Source: Gnetum montanum | Taxonomy: Eukaryota; Plantae; Gnetophyta | DNA: 64,000 nt | NCBI GenBank assembly: GCA_015680685.1 | Contig: MNCI01000520.1 | Coordinates: 960,176-1,024,175, forward strand | Direction: 5' to 3' | Part shown: one piece after another, positions 50,014 through 63,890 of the stretch | Layout of the letters: each line of letters starts with the position of its first letter | Position numbering within the stretch: position 1 is the stretch's first letter | The notes under the pieces: generated by a model | Database searches by the model: none | What the model saw: only the letters and a program-made list of their open reading frames with translations | What the model was told of the DNA's origin: nothing | Translations under genes and position numbers: made by a program

Positions 50014-53000
50014 ATGGGAATCCATCATGATCTTTCCATGCCTTTAACGTTAGCAGGGGCACAGGGCAAGCTTGCGAGACATTTGAACCTTGACATGATC
50101 AACTAGGAGTCAACCACAACTAGCACTATAACATCCTTAGAAGCATTCCCAAATTGGCCCAAGCATTTGGTCCAAGCCCTAGACTTAGAGGCCGGGGATG
50201 TAACTGAAGACCCTCTTGTCAAGACACCTGTGACCACATCAAAGGGGAAGGTAAAAACATTAAGACTCAGCTCCCTCCTAGACACACAAATGCATAAAAG
50301 TGTAGCAAATATTCTGCAAGACAACATTGATGTCTTCGCATGGTCGTACGGCGACATGTCGGGTTTGGATTCATGGCTGATTTAGCACAACATCATCCTA
50401 AACCCATACATGAAGGCAGTCAAGTACAAGGCTCGCAATGTTAAGCTGGAAATCGCACTAGCCATGAGGGATGAAATCACCAAGCTATACCAAGCAAGTT
50501 TCATCCACGTGGTTGACAATTCAGAGTGGGTGTCCAACATTGTTGTGGTTTTGAAGAAAACAAGAGGAATACGGATTTGTATAGACTTCCAGGACTTGAA
50601 CAAGGCAATGATCAAAGATAACTTTCCACTTCCAAGCATTGATCAGCTCATCGACACCATGGCTAGCCATGCTCTACTATCCTTCATGGATGGTCTCTTT
50701 GGATACAACCAAATCTGCATGAACCCAAAGCACTAGCTATCAACAAACTTCATGACCCCATGGGAGACCTTCTGCTACATCATGATGCCCTTCGGGCTCA
50801 AGAATGCTGGAGCAACCTACCAACGAGCCATAACTTACATTTTTAGTGACTACATCCTAGAAACATTAAACGACTATGTGGATGATTTAGCAGTCAAGTC
50901 CAAGGAGGTAGTTGATCATCCATGCGATCTAGGGGTAGTCCTCAAATGCTGCTAAATGCACAAATTACCCCTCAATCCTAAGAAGTACGTCTTCAGGGTG
51001 AAAACTGGACACATGTTAGGATTCATAGTATCAGAGGCCATAATATAGGTGGACCCTAACAAAGTTAGGGCCATCGTCAACCTGGCGCCTCCCACAAACC
51101 TTAAGGAGTTACGTGGTTTGCAAGGTAGAGTGCAATTCATTCAAAGGTTTATAACAAGGTTGACCGACAAGTTACACCCCATGCAACATCTTCTGAAGAA
51201 GGGGGTTAACTTTGAATGGACAACCTAGTGTTAACAAGTCTTCGACGACCTGAAGAAGGAACTCTCATACCTCCCTACTGTGCATCTACCACAAAGGGAT
51301 AAACCCTTCTTTATCTACCACACCACCTTCGACACATCTATCACGGCATTGCTATGTTAGAAGCGAGACGATGATTCTGAGATACCAGTGTACTATCTGA
51401 GTCATGCACTAATAGCGCACAAGGAAAAATACAATGAAGTGGAGAGGAATTTCCTAGCCTTAGTGTTCGCACTAAAAAAGTGGCAGCATTACCTATTCCA
51501 CAATACAACCAACATCACTTGCAAAAGTAATATTCTTCGGGCTATCACTAACAACTTATACGAAAGTAGCAGGATAGCCCGATGGAAGGCAATAATTGCT
51601 GAGTTCGATTTACGCTATGTAAGTCAATCATCGACTAAGGGTCAAGCCATATCAACCCAACTCATGGCCTCTCTAGTCGACGACCAGGAAACCATAGATC
51701 CTAAATTCCTAGACGAATATGTTAGCAATGTCAACATTGTCCCATTGCATTTCGAAGCCACATTACATTTCGACAGTGCCTCAACCACACGAGGAGGCAG
51801 TGCCACTATCATAATCATGTTCACTATGGGGAAATGCATCCATCCACTTACCAATTTATGTTCCCTTGCACCAACAATGTGGTAGAATACGAGGGGCTAC
51901 TCAGAGGCCTCTTAACTGCCCGAGTGCTACGCATACAACACCTGTAAATCTGGGAGATTCACAACTAGTCATGAATAAAATCACCGAGGTTTACGCCTGC
52001 AAAGCTATGCACCTACAACCCTACTATGACCTAGCAAAGATCTTTCTTAAGTAATTTGTAACCACAAATGTGCAACACGTGCCATGTAACAAAAACACCA
52101 TGGAAGATGCCTTAGCTACCCTTGCGTTAAACATTCCATCACATTCCCTAGAAAACCTGCCAACCGCAATTATAGAATGTGTAGAGCCTATCACTCAGGT
52201 GGAACACATGGCCTCTGTCAGTGCCGCAGATACCCAAGAGTGGTATGCCAACGTTAAAACTTATCTATAGCATGGTGAACCCCTAGGTGGATTGACATCT
52301 TCCCAGAGAGATGCAATCTGTAAGTGTGCCCGGCAATACGTGCTCATGGGAAATGATGCTTTGTGCTGACCCTCCTATGATGGGATATTACTAGCATGCG
52401 TGGGTGGCGAGCAAGCATAGAAGGTAGTTAATGAAGTACATGAGGGGCTGTGCGGTGGATACATAGCACCCAAGGCTATGGCTGCCAAACTCAGACTCCT
52501 AGGGTACTACTAGCCCCACATGGAACATGATTACCTGTTGAAAGTTAAGACGTGTGACACGTGCCAAAGATACGCAAATCTCATACATGTCTTGCCTACA
52601 GACCTACACCCAATGCAAATCACGTGGCCCTTCCAATGATGGGGATTAGACCTCATAGGGCCTATCATGCCTAAGTCCTCTGCAAGGCATAGCTTCATTA
52701 TCACCACCACTAAGTATTTTACCAAGTGGGTGGAAGTTATTCCCTTGAGGAAGACCACATCTCAGCAAATCTGCCATTTCATCATCGACAATGTTGTAAC
52801 AAGGTTTGGGCTTCCAATGACTATTGTGACTAACAATGGGTCACAGTTCAGCAATACGAAAACTTGAACCTTCTATAGCAATCTAGGCATTAAAAAATAA
52901 TTTTCTTCCCCTTATTATCTGTAGGAAAATGGGAAGGCAAAGGCTACAAATAAGTCCATCATCAACTTACTGAAGTGGTTCCTTAACAACAATAAGAGGT

Positions 53001-53482
53001 AGTGGCACGAGCAAATCCTCTATGTCCTCTAGGCCTATAGAACGACGTACAAAACTACAACAAGTAAGACCCCTTACAGTCTTGTTTACAAATCTGAAGT
53101 TGTATTGCCTCTTGAGTTGCAGGTACCATCACTTTGGATGATCCTTGCGGATGTTTTGAGCAAAGCCCAGAACAACGAGTTGCGAACCATCAACCTCGAC
53201 TCATTGGAGAAAGAGCGTACACAAAAGCTGAGATGCATCGAGCACTACCAAAGCAAGTAGCAACAGAAGCACTATGCAGACCCGTATCAACGACTAGTGA
53301 AGAAGGGAGACCTCGTCCTCAAGGCCGTCTGTGAGCACGTGAGAAAATTCTTAGCCAATTGGGAAGGTCCTTACATGGTCATTAAAGACTTTGGGAATTG
53401 AGCCTTCAAGCTGGCAGACATGAATGGAAACGAGTTTGCCAACCTGGTGAATCACTCATATCTCAAGCTATACTACGTCTGA
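50014..53482 (+). pseudogene. pol: pol of element B: RT-RH-aRH-INT
   Basis: RICIDFQDLNKA, MPFGLKNAGATYQR, DYVDDLAV, LHFDSAS/CTNNVVEY/GDSQLV, HEGLCGG, FTKWVEV, WEGPY. Confidence 0.95.
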
Positions 53483-53489
53483 AGCACAA

Positions 53490-53790
53490 TAGCAACAACA
53501 ATCACCATCCAATACAATGATAAACTGGCAATCGCACCAAGCACCGTCCTCTACAACGATAAACTAGCAATTACACTGAGTAGCGTCCACAATGATGATA
53601 AACTAACGGCATCGAGCAGTGTCTGCTACGACATTAAACTAGAAAAAACCATCCGCTATGATGTAAAACTGGCACTGCTCATCCACTATGACATTAAACT
53701 AGCATGTACGATCCGTTGTGACCTTAAACCAGCACAATGGTCCACTGGGACCTTAAACTACTAAGACCTTGAACTGGGTTCGCGTCACAT
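53490..53790 (+). repeat. Tandem array (about 39 bp units) downstream of integrase in B
   Basis: Repeated GATAAACTGGCA / CATTAAACTAG units. Confidence 0.8.
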
Positions 53791-54731
53791 CCCCAATATG
53801 CATCTACGTCGAGTACGCATCAAACAAGCATGCATGATGCTAACGTGTGGATGGGACGTCTCAACTCTAGAACACAGTTCATGATGCACTGAGAATGCGG
53901 TCTGGGACACATATGACGCTGCCAGCCTTGGCATCATGTTGACCCTCCGAAGATGCCATATGGCATTATACTGACCCTCCAAACCTACCATCACCACAGC
54001 CCATCTCCCTGATAGTAGTTCCTGGGCTAATTCCCGCATCTGGAGTTCCAGCAGTATTGTGGCCCAGCCAAAATATTATTACTCTCTAGCCCCCTACCAA
54101 TGCCTCGGCTCACACAATGTTTAGCTATGTGGTAGCTGATCCCTTAGCTAAACTGAGAACAGGTGCCCCTGGTAGGGATTCTAGAGCATTCGCACCCACA
54201 ACAACTCCCGACACCTCAGAGGCCAGCTCCTCTGCGCTAGTGCTGTCCAGGCCACTACTGGCCTTCCTGCTTTGGACATCGCATGCTAGCAATGATGCCC
54301 AACAGCTTCAACAACACCAGCAGCCAACAAGACCTTTTTCCTCATGGGCACAGCTTGCAACAACAGCAAATGCTACAACGTCGCGAAGCAAGAGCCTCGA
54401 CTAGCTTAGCTACTTCAAAGTGAAAATTCCACGACGTGTGTAACACAACTCGTTGTATGGAAAGCATTTGTAGGTAGGTAAAAACCCTTCACGAATGTAA
54501 CGCAACTCATCCTGTGAAGGAAACACCTATCCTACAAGGGATTGAAGAACAGCGCCAGCCAATGATGAAAATGTGAACGAGTCCCTTAACCTCTACAAAA
54601 CCAATGCAACACTCTCAACTACGGCCAAGTAACGTCTCGATGCTCACCGAGCGACAACCTCAACATTTTTCTTGCTATGGTGTTTCATATTCTTTGTCAA
54701 CATCTATCGAGCCCGTCCTCTAGACATCGAC

Positions 54732-54740
54732 AAAGAGGGG
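54732..54740 (+). promoter_or_regulatory. Polypurine tract of element B
   Basis: AAAGAGGGG followed by CCAA and the LTR TG. Confidence 0.8.
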
Positions 54741-54744
54741 CCAA

Positions 54745-56376
54745 TGAAACACCCCAAAAAAATTCAAAGTCATTCTTGCTTCACCAGGCCTTGCGATTTG
54801 TGTAGCACCATGGCAGTTCTTTGGGAGGAGAACCCTCTGAGTTCAGGCCAACTAGTTCAGCATATTTTTTACTTTAGGTGAAAACAGGCTCTACAGATCA
54901 TCCCACCTACCCACCTAAGTAATGTGCCAAGTCAACAACCTGCTCAAAAATGATGCACGGAGTTGGCAGTAGCATTTTGGATGCACGAAATAGTTTGATA
55001 ATTTTTCTAAGTCACAAAGTCTGCTCCACTACACTACGCCTCACTATGTAGTGTAGCAAGCTTTAGAACATGATTGTAGAACAAAGTACGATGCCACGCT
55101 ATGCTACGTAATGTAGCATAGCATGACAAAAACTTTACAGCTAGTCCCTTCACCCAAATTTAAGTCCTCAGAATGTCCCTTTCCATCAGGAAGCGATGGA
55201 CCATGTTTGCTGCTATGCTATGCTAAGCTACATGGCGCAACAAGGCATAGCAATCCTGTGGAAGAGACAAAAGGCAACTCAAAGGGTAGAATCAGCAAGT
55301 TTGCAAGTCTCGCGGAAGTAAAGTTTGCAAATTGACAAAGTTTTTGCAACTAAGGCCATTCGCTATGCTACACTACACTACGTAGTGTAGCAAGCATGCA
55401 ACACACATGTAGCAGAATGCATGACAAGTTGCTACGCTACCCCAAGAATGCTATGCTATAAAGCATAATAGGGCATGCAGGTGGTTGTGCGACATCAATG
55501 CACTTCACCTAATTGGACTATTGGCACACGTCTCCAGATGCTGACAGTGTAATTATGGCATGGCAAGCTCACAATTATGGCATGGTAGACTCATATTACA
55601 ATAATCATGCAAGTTCAACGATCATGCATGGCATGTGTAGCATGAGCAAGTCAACATGGGCCCAAGGCACGTGGCGTCCAAACTGCCCCTTTTGCATGCC
55701 CTTGATCCTATAAATACCCCAGCAAGTAGCATTCAAACGGTTCAAATTTTTCCAACAAGAAGCATTCAAAAGTTTGAAGATTTTCCAGATTATTCGACTT
55801 TTCCTCTAGCACTCAAGTTCTCTTCCCAGCACATTGTAACATCAAGCATTGTAAGCTTTTTGTTTGACACTTCAAATAGTTAGCATTTTCAGCTGGCATT
55901 TTGTCCCATCCCCCTTCTACCACCTTGGTAGAATCCTTGCATTGTCAGCACCCAAGTCCATGCCCATGTGCACAACCTGTTTTGCTCTACACATCCACAT
56001 TACTCTCAAGATCTCTGCACTCCACCACTTTGTGCAATCAACTGTATCCACCTTGACAAAGCAAACTTGTAGCTTCAGAGTAGTGCATTTTTCTAACTAC
56101 ATTTTACTTTGTTTTCTTACTTATTGTCATGTGTCGCATTTTTTTCTACTCTATTTACTTTCAAGCATTACTTTACATTTTCGTTCCCATTTCAAAAATA
56201 TATGTTGCAAAAGGCTATATAGACATCAATTAAGTCCCTATCTGATTGACCAGACCATTCAGGGTGCCCTGTATCCGCACACACCCAGCACGGCCCTCTT
56301 GCAGATACGGGGTTGAAACTGTCACACCTGTCGACCCCTTGATGTTTTCTAGCCATCAACATTTTCGATCGTTACA
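54745..56376 (+). repeat. 3' LTR of element B (1632 bp)
   Basis: TGAAACACCCC...GATCGTTACA. Confidence 0.95.
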
Positions 56377-56381
56377 CTACC

Positions 56382-59300
56382 GAATCCATAACTATCATTG
56401 AACAGATAAACCCCCAAGGCCTTACATGCCAATCACTCAGGCTACATGGCAAAGACCCTACCTATGCGACTATTACACCTGAATAGTAGAACTTCATCTA
56501 TGTCAAGATCCAAGCCAACTTAACCATTGATCGTGTAGAGAGGGAAGCGAAGAGAGACTATGAACTTATCCACAAAGGAGGTTGTGAATTCATCCCCTCA
56601 GCATTTGACATAATCTTGCTCTCTGAACACCACCATAAACTCATATCCTAGCTTCTCATGGCAAGAAGTCAAGCCCTATAGCTACCCCCAATAGAGCCTC
56701 AGGGTGGAGATGAGGAAGATAACTTCGCAGCCCAATCTGAACATGGGGATTCATACCATACCGTCAGTCTCCATGCCCATACAAACCCATTATAACAACC
56801 TTTCCTGGAAGAGACTATACTTCCACCATCAGCCTCTCTACAGGAAGAGCCACTCCCATTCCCATCTTCTCCAAATTCAATGTTCAATCTAATGTGTCCA
56901 CTTCCATCATACCTCTACAAATACAATCCCAACCACTTCCTCCCAAAACTAATGTAGGATCGACCTTTTGACCTTAAGTAATTGGGATGCCATCGATTAT
57001 ACCAGCTTCCACATCCACCCATTACATACCTCAAGTGAAAATCTAGCAAGCACCACTACTCACTTCACAACCTATGACAGGGTAGTGGGTTCCACCAGCT
57101 ATTCAGTAAAACCTATCTACTCATTACAGCATAGCACACCCTATAGTCTCAACCCCAAATGTTGTCCCACCACAACAAATAACAATCCAAAAATCTCTCT
57201 TTCCACAAACGATGCAACAATCAAATCATTATCAATTACAATCAATTCAAAATGTCGGTCTACCTACCACTCAAGAGTGGGTAGATAAGAAGAAAATGAT
57301 GACCTCGTTAGCAGAAGAATTAAAACACCTTAAAACTATGAACACTGAGGAGGTTAAGGTACTGGACTTCTATCAAGATGATCCAACCGACCCCTTAGTT
57401 CCCCCATTAACTTTTCCAAAAGGAGTTTCGTTACCCCAGCTAACCAAATACAATGGAGAGGAAGATCCAAAAACTCACCTAGTAACATTCTAAACATAAT
57501 GTCTATTGCTTCAGGCATGGCCTCATGTAGTTCTACGTGTGTTTTCTATGTCCTTAACCAGAAAAGCCTTAGAATGGTACCGAGCTTTGCCCCATAGCTT
57601 CATATCTTCTCTAGAGGACTTGCTGCACCAGTTTGTCACTCGTTTCAAGTACAACCTAAAACCTAAAGCCACGTTGAATAGCTTGATTCAAATTAAACAA
57701 GCTTCGTTAGATCCAGCACAAAAATTTATCCAAAGATGGAATGCAGCCTTGAATGAACTTCATGAGCCCATCCCTGAAACATATCTACTTACCATCCTCA
57801 AGGCAGCCGTGAATGACTTTATTAAGTCAAGGCTTTACTAAGTCTAGGCTTTACTATTTGAAAACCCGCACATTGAGCCAAGCGTTTGTGCAAATTAAGG
57901 ACATAGAAGAAGCAGAACAAACAAGCAAAGACCTAGCCTACTCAACCTTTAGGAGCCAACATACAAAGAAAGATAAATCCAAAACAATGGTAGCAGTAGT
58001 GGTTGATACAACCTGATCAAACCATCTAGGACAAAAGGGAAAACAACCCACTATCACAAACAACTATGAAAGAAACACACACACACACCTACACTCGAGA
58101 CTTCCTCAAATAGAAATACCAACATGGGTCATGCCCATACATTCGAAAGAAAAGACCCCGCTCAATATACACCCTTGTCTATGAAGCCTGCACAATTTCT
58201 TGATCAACTTCTAAAGGTTGGGTTAATCAAACATAAACAAATATCTCCTGCAGTGTCGCAAAAACATGATCGATTCTGTGAGTTGGCCAAGAACCTAGCC
58301 TTAGCAACAACTAATCAACCCCCCATTCCAAGAGGCTTTAGGTTGGATAGGTTTTGTGAATATCACCAATGATGCAGTCATGGGACTGATTACTGTTTCA
58401 CCTTGAAATAGGATATACAATGCATGATTGATAGGGGTGAAGTAGTATTCGATGACGCAAACCCAGTGAGGCCCCAAACATAACCCATGGGGGTCTACAA
58501 AGATCCTCTCAATCCTATTGATGCACCATATGTAACTAATACTATCCATGTGGAGAATGGATAGGACTTCTCATGAAAATCTTTCATGATTCGCAGGCCT
58601 TCAAAAAACACACATACCCCAGTATCTCCCCAAACCCCTTTCATCATACATGCATCTCTTGCATCACAAAAAGCATTCGTCATCTGCATACCTCCTTCCA
58701 TTGCCATAACAACCATACCATCTAAAAACTGACTCATTCCCTTTATGATCCAGGTGCCAAAACACCTTGACACACAACCCACCTCTACTCCCCCGAGACC
58801 TCTGCAAGAATGTCTTGCTGATAGGCTAATGAGAGAGTGTCTAGAAAGAGAAAATCATTAGTACAAATTAGGACCACCAAAGCCTAAAATTTGTTCCTAT
58901 GGGTCCATCCATTAATCAGCCTAGTACAAGTCATCAAAACAAGAATAATTTCATGGGCTGTGTCTCGAACCCAGCATCCTTAGATACTAATGCAAAAATT
59001 CCTCCACGGGAAATACAATTGTTGGGTCAAATGGACCAAGTCCCTATAGATAAGGGTATCCTGAACAATAAGGATCTAGCAAGCGCATTAACCCAGGTCA
59101 CAAAAGCCTTAAAAAAAAGAACACTTCTTTAAGTCTGTATGACCTAGTAATGAATTCACTAGTACATCGAGAAGCTCTTATATAGATGTTGATCTTGGTC
59201 CCTGTTAGTGAGGACCTTCTTGGAGATGAACCATCCATTTATGCAGTATTTTCCCCACAACTTCAGGAATCAAAGACCACATCCCTAGAGTTTTGGGCTA

Positions 59301-59750
59301 AGGACATTAAGCTAGATGAGAAAATAGGAGAAGTTACCTCAGCCTCTATGTTCATAATGATACAGGTCAATCATTTCAGAATACATAGGGTACACGTCGA
59401 TGACGGTGTGGCAACGAACGTAATACCTTTTCTCATCATCGAAAAACTAGGACTTACTGAACAAATACAACCCACGACAACCTCTTTCTTGAAATCCTTT
59501 AGTGGTTCCCATGTTGGGGTGAAAGGCATGGTTACATTAGATTTCATAGCTGGGGACCAATTCCCCACTTCAGCTGAATTCGTAGTGGTTGACGAAATGC
59601 CAAGGTTCAATCTGATTCTAGGACATCCCTAGTTAGCTTGACTTAAAGTCATATCCTCACCAATCCATCAGGAGATCCACCTACCTTACAAGGGCAGTGA
59701 AATTGTAATACATGGGGATACAATAGTATCACCCACTTCCTCACACCCTA
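56382..59750 (+). pseudogene. gag: gag and protease of element C (ATG at 38682, on the other side of B)
   Basis: VKVLDFYQDDP, KYNGEEDPKTHL, ALEWYRALP, RFCEYHQ, RVHVDDGV, FNLILGHP. Confidence 0.9.
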
Positions 59751-61498
59751 GAGTAGATCAAGAGTCATACGTTGAGTTTATTGAGCCTAAACAAGAAACT
59801 ATGAACATGATTCAAAATGTGAACCCAAAGATAACTCATAATCCTACCAAAAATTCTAGAAGAACCCTATGGCCCAAACGCCCAAGAAAAGCTAGAAAAT
59901 CATGTTTCCCAAACACCCGAGAAAGCTCAAAGACCCATAATCACAAGAAACCCCAAAAGCCCAAATTTGCAGCTCATACTGCCCTACCCTAGAACCCCCT
60001 CGTTTGCAACTCATGCTGCCCAAGACGCTAGTGGCTACATTGAAGAAAAAAAAATTGATGTTGAGGCTTCCCCAAAGAAAAACACACCTCACGCTGCAAG
60101 AAAAAAAACAAGCCTTTCTCCCTACACTCACACTAAGGCCCCCCCTAAAAATCATGTTGCAGGGGGCCCTAAACTAACGTTGCTAAGGAGGCTAAAAGTC
60201 ACGTTGAGCTTTCCCCTGCAACACTGGCCATTCCTAACTTGATACTAATGCTAGCCCTTCCCAGCCCACATTCATGCTGCCAAGAAGATTGAAAACCCTA
60301 CGGCCCAGGGGCCTAAGAATAGAAAAAACTTGCAGCTCATGCTGCACGCTACCAAGCTCTAAAACCTGAAAATTTGCAATGCATACTACCATCCTAAAAT
60401 AGAAGATTTGCAACTTATGTTTCCCTACCCTAAAATCCAACATTTTCACATTGCTAGGAAATCAAAAAAACCTGAAAACCCAACCCACACACTCATGCCC
60501 CAAACTTGCATTCACACTACTCACGCTGACACCATAAAACCAAAAATCATAGCTCAACAACCCAAGAATCACAGCCAAAATTCTACCCTAGGTAACGTTG
60601 TCCACAAAAATGCCAAGAAAAGCAAGAGACAACAAACTTACTTGTGTAGGGTCTTCTTCCATGTTGGAATCCTAGCTTGGGGGAGACACTAGAGAAGCCC
60701 TTCACTCTCCTCCATGAACACCAGATCTGCCTACCTCTTTCCCTTGTCCTGACTTGCCTTTTCCTTTGCCCTTGTCCTTCATGGTTTATCTTGGTCATGT
60801 GGATGCTGATGCTGATGCCATAGCTTACACTGCCTACACTCTATAGCTCATACTATTGTTCAGATTTCTAGGAACTCACGCTAATAGAAATGCTGCCTTA
60901 TACTCCAAAAAAACTCCTTTTTCTAACCTCTTATATTCTCAATTTAATTTAATTTAATTTAGTGCCTTTTATTTTATCTCCTCTTTTTATTTTAATTTTA
61001 CTTCACCATGTACACATGTTATTGTTTATGTCATCTTTGCCTTGTGCTTGCCTAATATTCCTTATTATTCCTGCCTCTAAAGATGAGACCCAAAAATTCT
61101 TATGAAGAAGAGGAGAAAAGTGCAAAAAAATCAACAAAAAATAAATAAACATATATAAACATATAGAAATACATAACGATGCACATAAAATTCATAAAAC
61201 TTTAGAGTCTCCATGAACTTATTGCTCACTCAAAAGTTTAAAAGTCAAAAAATTTAAAATTTAAAAATGGTGCATACACTCAGTCCAAATGATAAGTCAA
61301 CATAAATATCACTGGCCTAGTATGGCCTTAAACTATCATTTGACCCGGTACGGCCTTAAACTGCCATGACTACCGCTGCGTCGCCAAATTTTGTTAGTAC
61401 ATAGTTTGATCACTCTATGTTCATTGACATTTAGTAACTCCTTCGTCAAAAGGGTGTCTTTTACTCCACTCCTATTTTAAATTGGCAGGGGCAAACAC

Positions 61499-63078
61499 AT
61501 GGTCACCAAGAATGTCCTTGCAACATTGTCTCTCAGTGGATCATACGGAGACGTAGAAAGTGTGATCATCCCAGAATCTTTGGATCTAAATCCATCCACT
61601 TATACTAATTTAATAGCCTCCACTCAGGAAAAGTTATATTGGCCTAAAAACGTGACTAAAACTCTAGATCTAGAAGTTGATAATATCACTAAAGATCCCC
61701 TAGTTGAAATCCCCATTACTACATTCAATGGCGAAACTAGAACATTAAAATTAAGCACCCTACTAAACTCAAAACTTATCAGTGACATCACTCAAGTGTT
61801 AGAATACAACATAAAAACATTCACATGGTCATATACTGATATGCCAGGACTAGACCCTCAGATCATCCAACACAACATTATTCTCAATGAAAAAATTAAA
61901 CTGGTGAAGCAAAAAGCACGGAAGGTCAGACTTGAGGTAGCATTGGTTGTGCATGCTAAAATCACAAAGCTCTACCAAGCCAGCTTCATCTAGGCCATTG
62001 ATTATTTTGATTGGGTATCAAACATTATTATAGTTCCTAAGAAGAATGGTAGTATATGCATATGCATCAACTTCTGTGATCTTAACACAGCCACTATAAA
62101 GGACAATTTTTCGTTACCTAGCATTGGTCAACTTATTGACACAACTACTGGGCATGCACTATTATCCTTTATGGGTGGATTTTCAGGCTACAACCAAATA
62201 AGAATCAATCTGGAACATCAACTTAGAACAACTTTCATGACACCTTGGGGTACATTCTATTATACTATGATGCCATTTGGCCTTAAACATGCAGGAGCTA
62301 CATATCAATGAGCAATTACATATATATTTAGTGATCACATGTTCAATTTTCTCAATGATTATGTAGACAACATTGTAGTCAAATCTAAAATAATATAATA
62401 GCATGCAAAAGATATGGACTTAGTGCTTAAACATTGTCTCAAATATGACCTTAGACTCAATCCAAAGAAGTGTGTCTTTGGTGTCAAAATAGGCAAGATG
62501 CTTGGTTTCATAATCTCTGAAATGGGAATACGAGTGGACCTTGATAAAGTTAAGGCAATAACTAATTTGCAACCACCAAAGAACCTTACTAAATTACGTG
62601 GTCTTCAAGGTAGGCTACAATTCATTAGATGCTTTATCGAAAGGTTGACAGAAAAGTTGAGACCTATGCAGCACCTATTATGAAAAAATGTGCATTTCCA
62701 ATGGACCCAACAATGTCAAGAAGCATTCGAGAACATAAAACAAGAGCTGGCTTAACTACCGACCGTTCATCCCCCGCAAGGCAATAAACCCTTCTATATC
62801 TACCTTGCAACTTTTGATTCTTCCATTGCATTAATGCTTTATCAAAAATGGCAAGATTGGGCTAAGATCCCTATGTATTACCTAAGCCATGCTTTAATTT
62901 CCTATGAACAATGATACAACGACATGGAAAAATCATGCCTTGCCCTCATTTTTGCCTTGAAGAAATGACTACATTATCTCTTCTACAACCAAGTTTACAT
63001 CATTTGCAAGGATAATGTACTCCGTGCTATCACTAATAATATCTACAAGTCAAGTAGGATAGTTATGTGGAAAGCAAT
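61499..63078 (+). pseudogene. pol: pol of element C (RT and RNase H), cut by the Athila-like insertion
   Basis: TFTWSYTDMPGLDP, MPFGLKHAGATYQ, DYVDNIVV, LNPKKCVFGV, GRLQFIR; ends at SSRIVMWKAI. Confidence 0.9.
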
Positions 63079-63871
63079 TAATGAGACGCGATATCACATC
63101 CCTCACGATATTGCGTACGCAATATCGCGGTGCACTGCCAAGTCTATAAATAAGAGGCGGCTCTCCCTTGTTTTCTAATCTAGGCCTAGATTGTAGGGAA
63201 ACTCTAGTATTTTTTCCACTCCAGATATAGATTAATTTCCATGTGCCCGTAGTAGGAACTCCAAAGTAAACGAATCTTCATTTGAGTAGACATTGTACCT
63301 AAACACAAGTTTGTGTACGGCAATAAAGACGAACTTCCTGGATAAACCTTGCAGTGCATGGAATAGGCTAATTAGGAATTTATTTATTGTTATTTACTAC
63401 TTTCCATTTAAATTCTTTATTAGGAATTAAATCTCTCTCAACCCTTCTCTCCTAGTTAAGTGCCTCAGTACGACCACTTCGAGCACGTGCATTACATGTG
63501 GTGATCCCAGCAATGATTAGCATTTGGTAGCCATAGTTGCATTGGTTCATGTTGTGAACGGTAAGTAGGAATGGATGCTGATGCTAGGTTAATTTAGACT
63601 TAGTTAGTTAGTTAGAGTTAGTAATTAGTCTCTTCAACCCTTTACCTTATCAGCTTAGGAGATAAAAATAGAAAAGCTATAAAAATCATATACCTCGGAC
63701 TTACTTAACCATACATCATGACAAATACAAGTAAGTCTAGGAAGACAACAAATAATTAACCTTAAGTGTTCCATGAGGCATGTAGGCACTTAGTCTATGG
63801 AGTTCAATTAGATTGCACATGTTACGCTCATATTTGTATGGTTGAGTGTAGGGGTACCTTGCCACTCATCA
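63079..63871 (+). repeat. 5' LTR (793 bp)
   Basis: TAATGAG (mutated TGATGAG)...CTCATCA, TATAAATA at 63145, homologous to 1590-2536. Confidence 0.85.
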
Positions 63872-63872
63872 T

Positions 63873-63890
63873 TGGCGCCATTGCCGGGAA
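63873..63890 (+). promoter_or_regulatory. Primer-binding site, tRNA-Asp (Athila-type)
   Basis: TGGCGCCATTGCCGGGAA versus the canonical TGGCGCCGTTGCCGGGGA. Confidence 0.85.

Larger units (their letters stand above)
38694..56376 (+). mobile_element. Full-length Tat element 'B' (17.7 kb), same family as A
   Basis: LTRs 38694-40315 and 54745-56376, TSD CTACT (38689-38693) / CTACC (56377-56381), colinear with the reverse complement of A. Confidence 0.95.
36836..63078 (+). mobile_element. Older related Tat element 'C' (5' LTR, gag-protease, spacer, RT-RH), interrupted by B at 38694-56381 and by an Athila-like element at 63079
   Basis: Begins TGAAACACC like the A/B LTRs; CCTTATAAATACCC near 37876; the gag frame is restored across the B insertion; gag, protease and RT are homologous to A/B. 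Confidence 0.8.

Noticed and set aside
1590-63871. LTRs at 1590 and 63079 as the two ends of one giant element
   Set aside because: The left one follows a PPT (3' LTR) and the right one precedes a PBS (5' LTR), and their upstream halves differ, so they belong to two separate elements.
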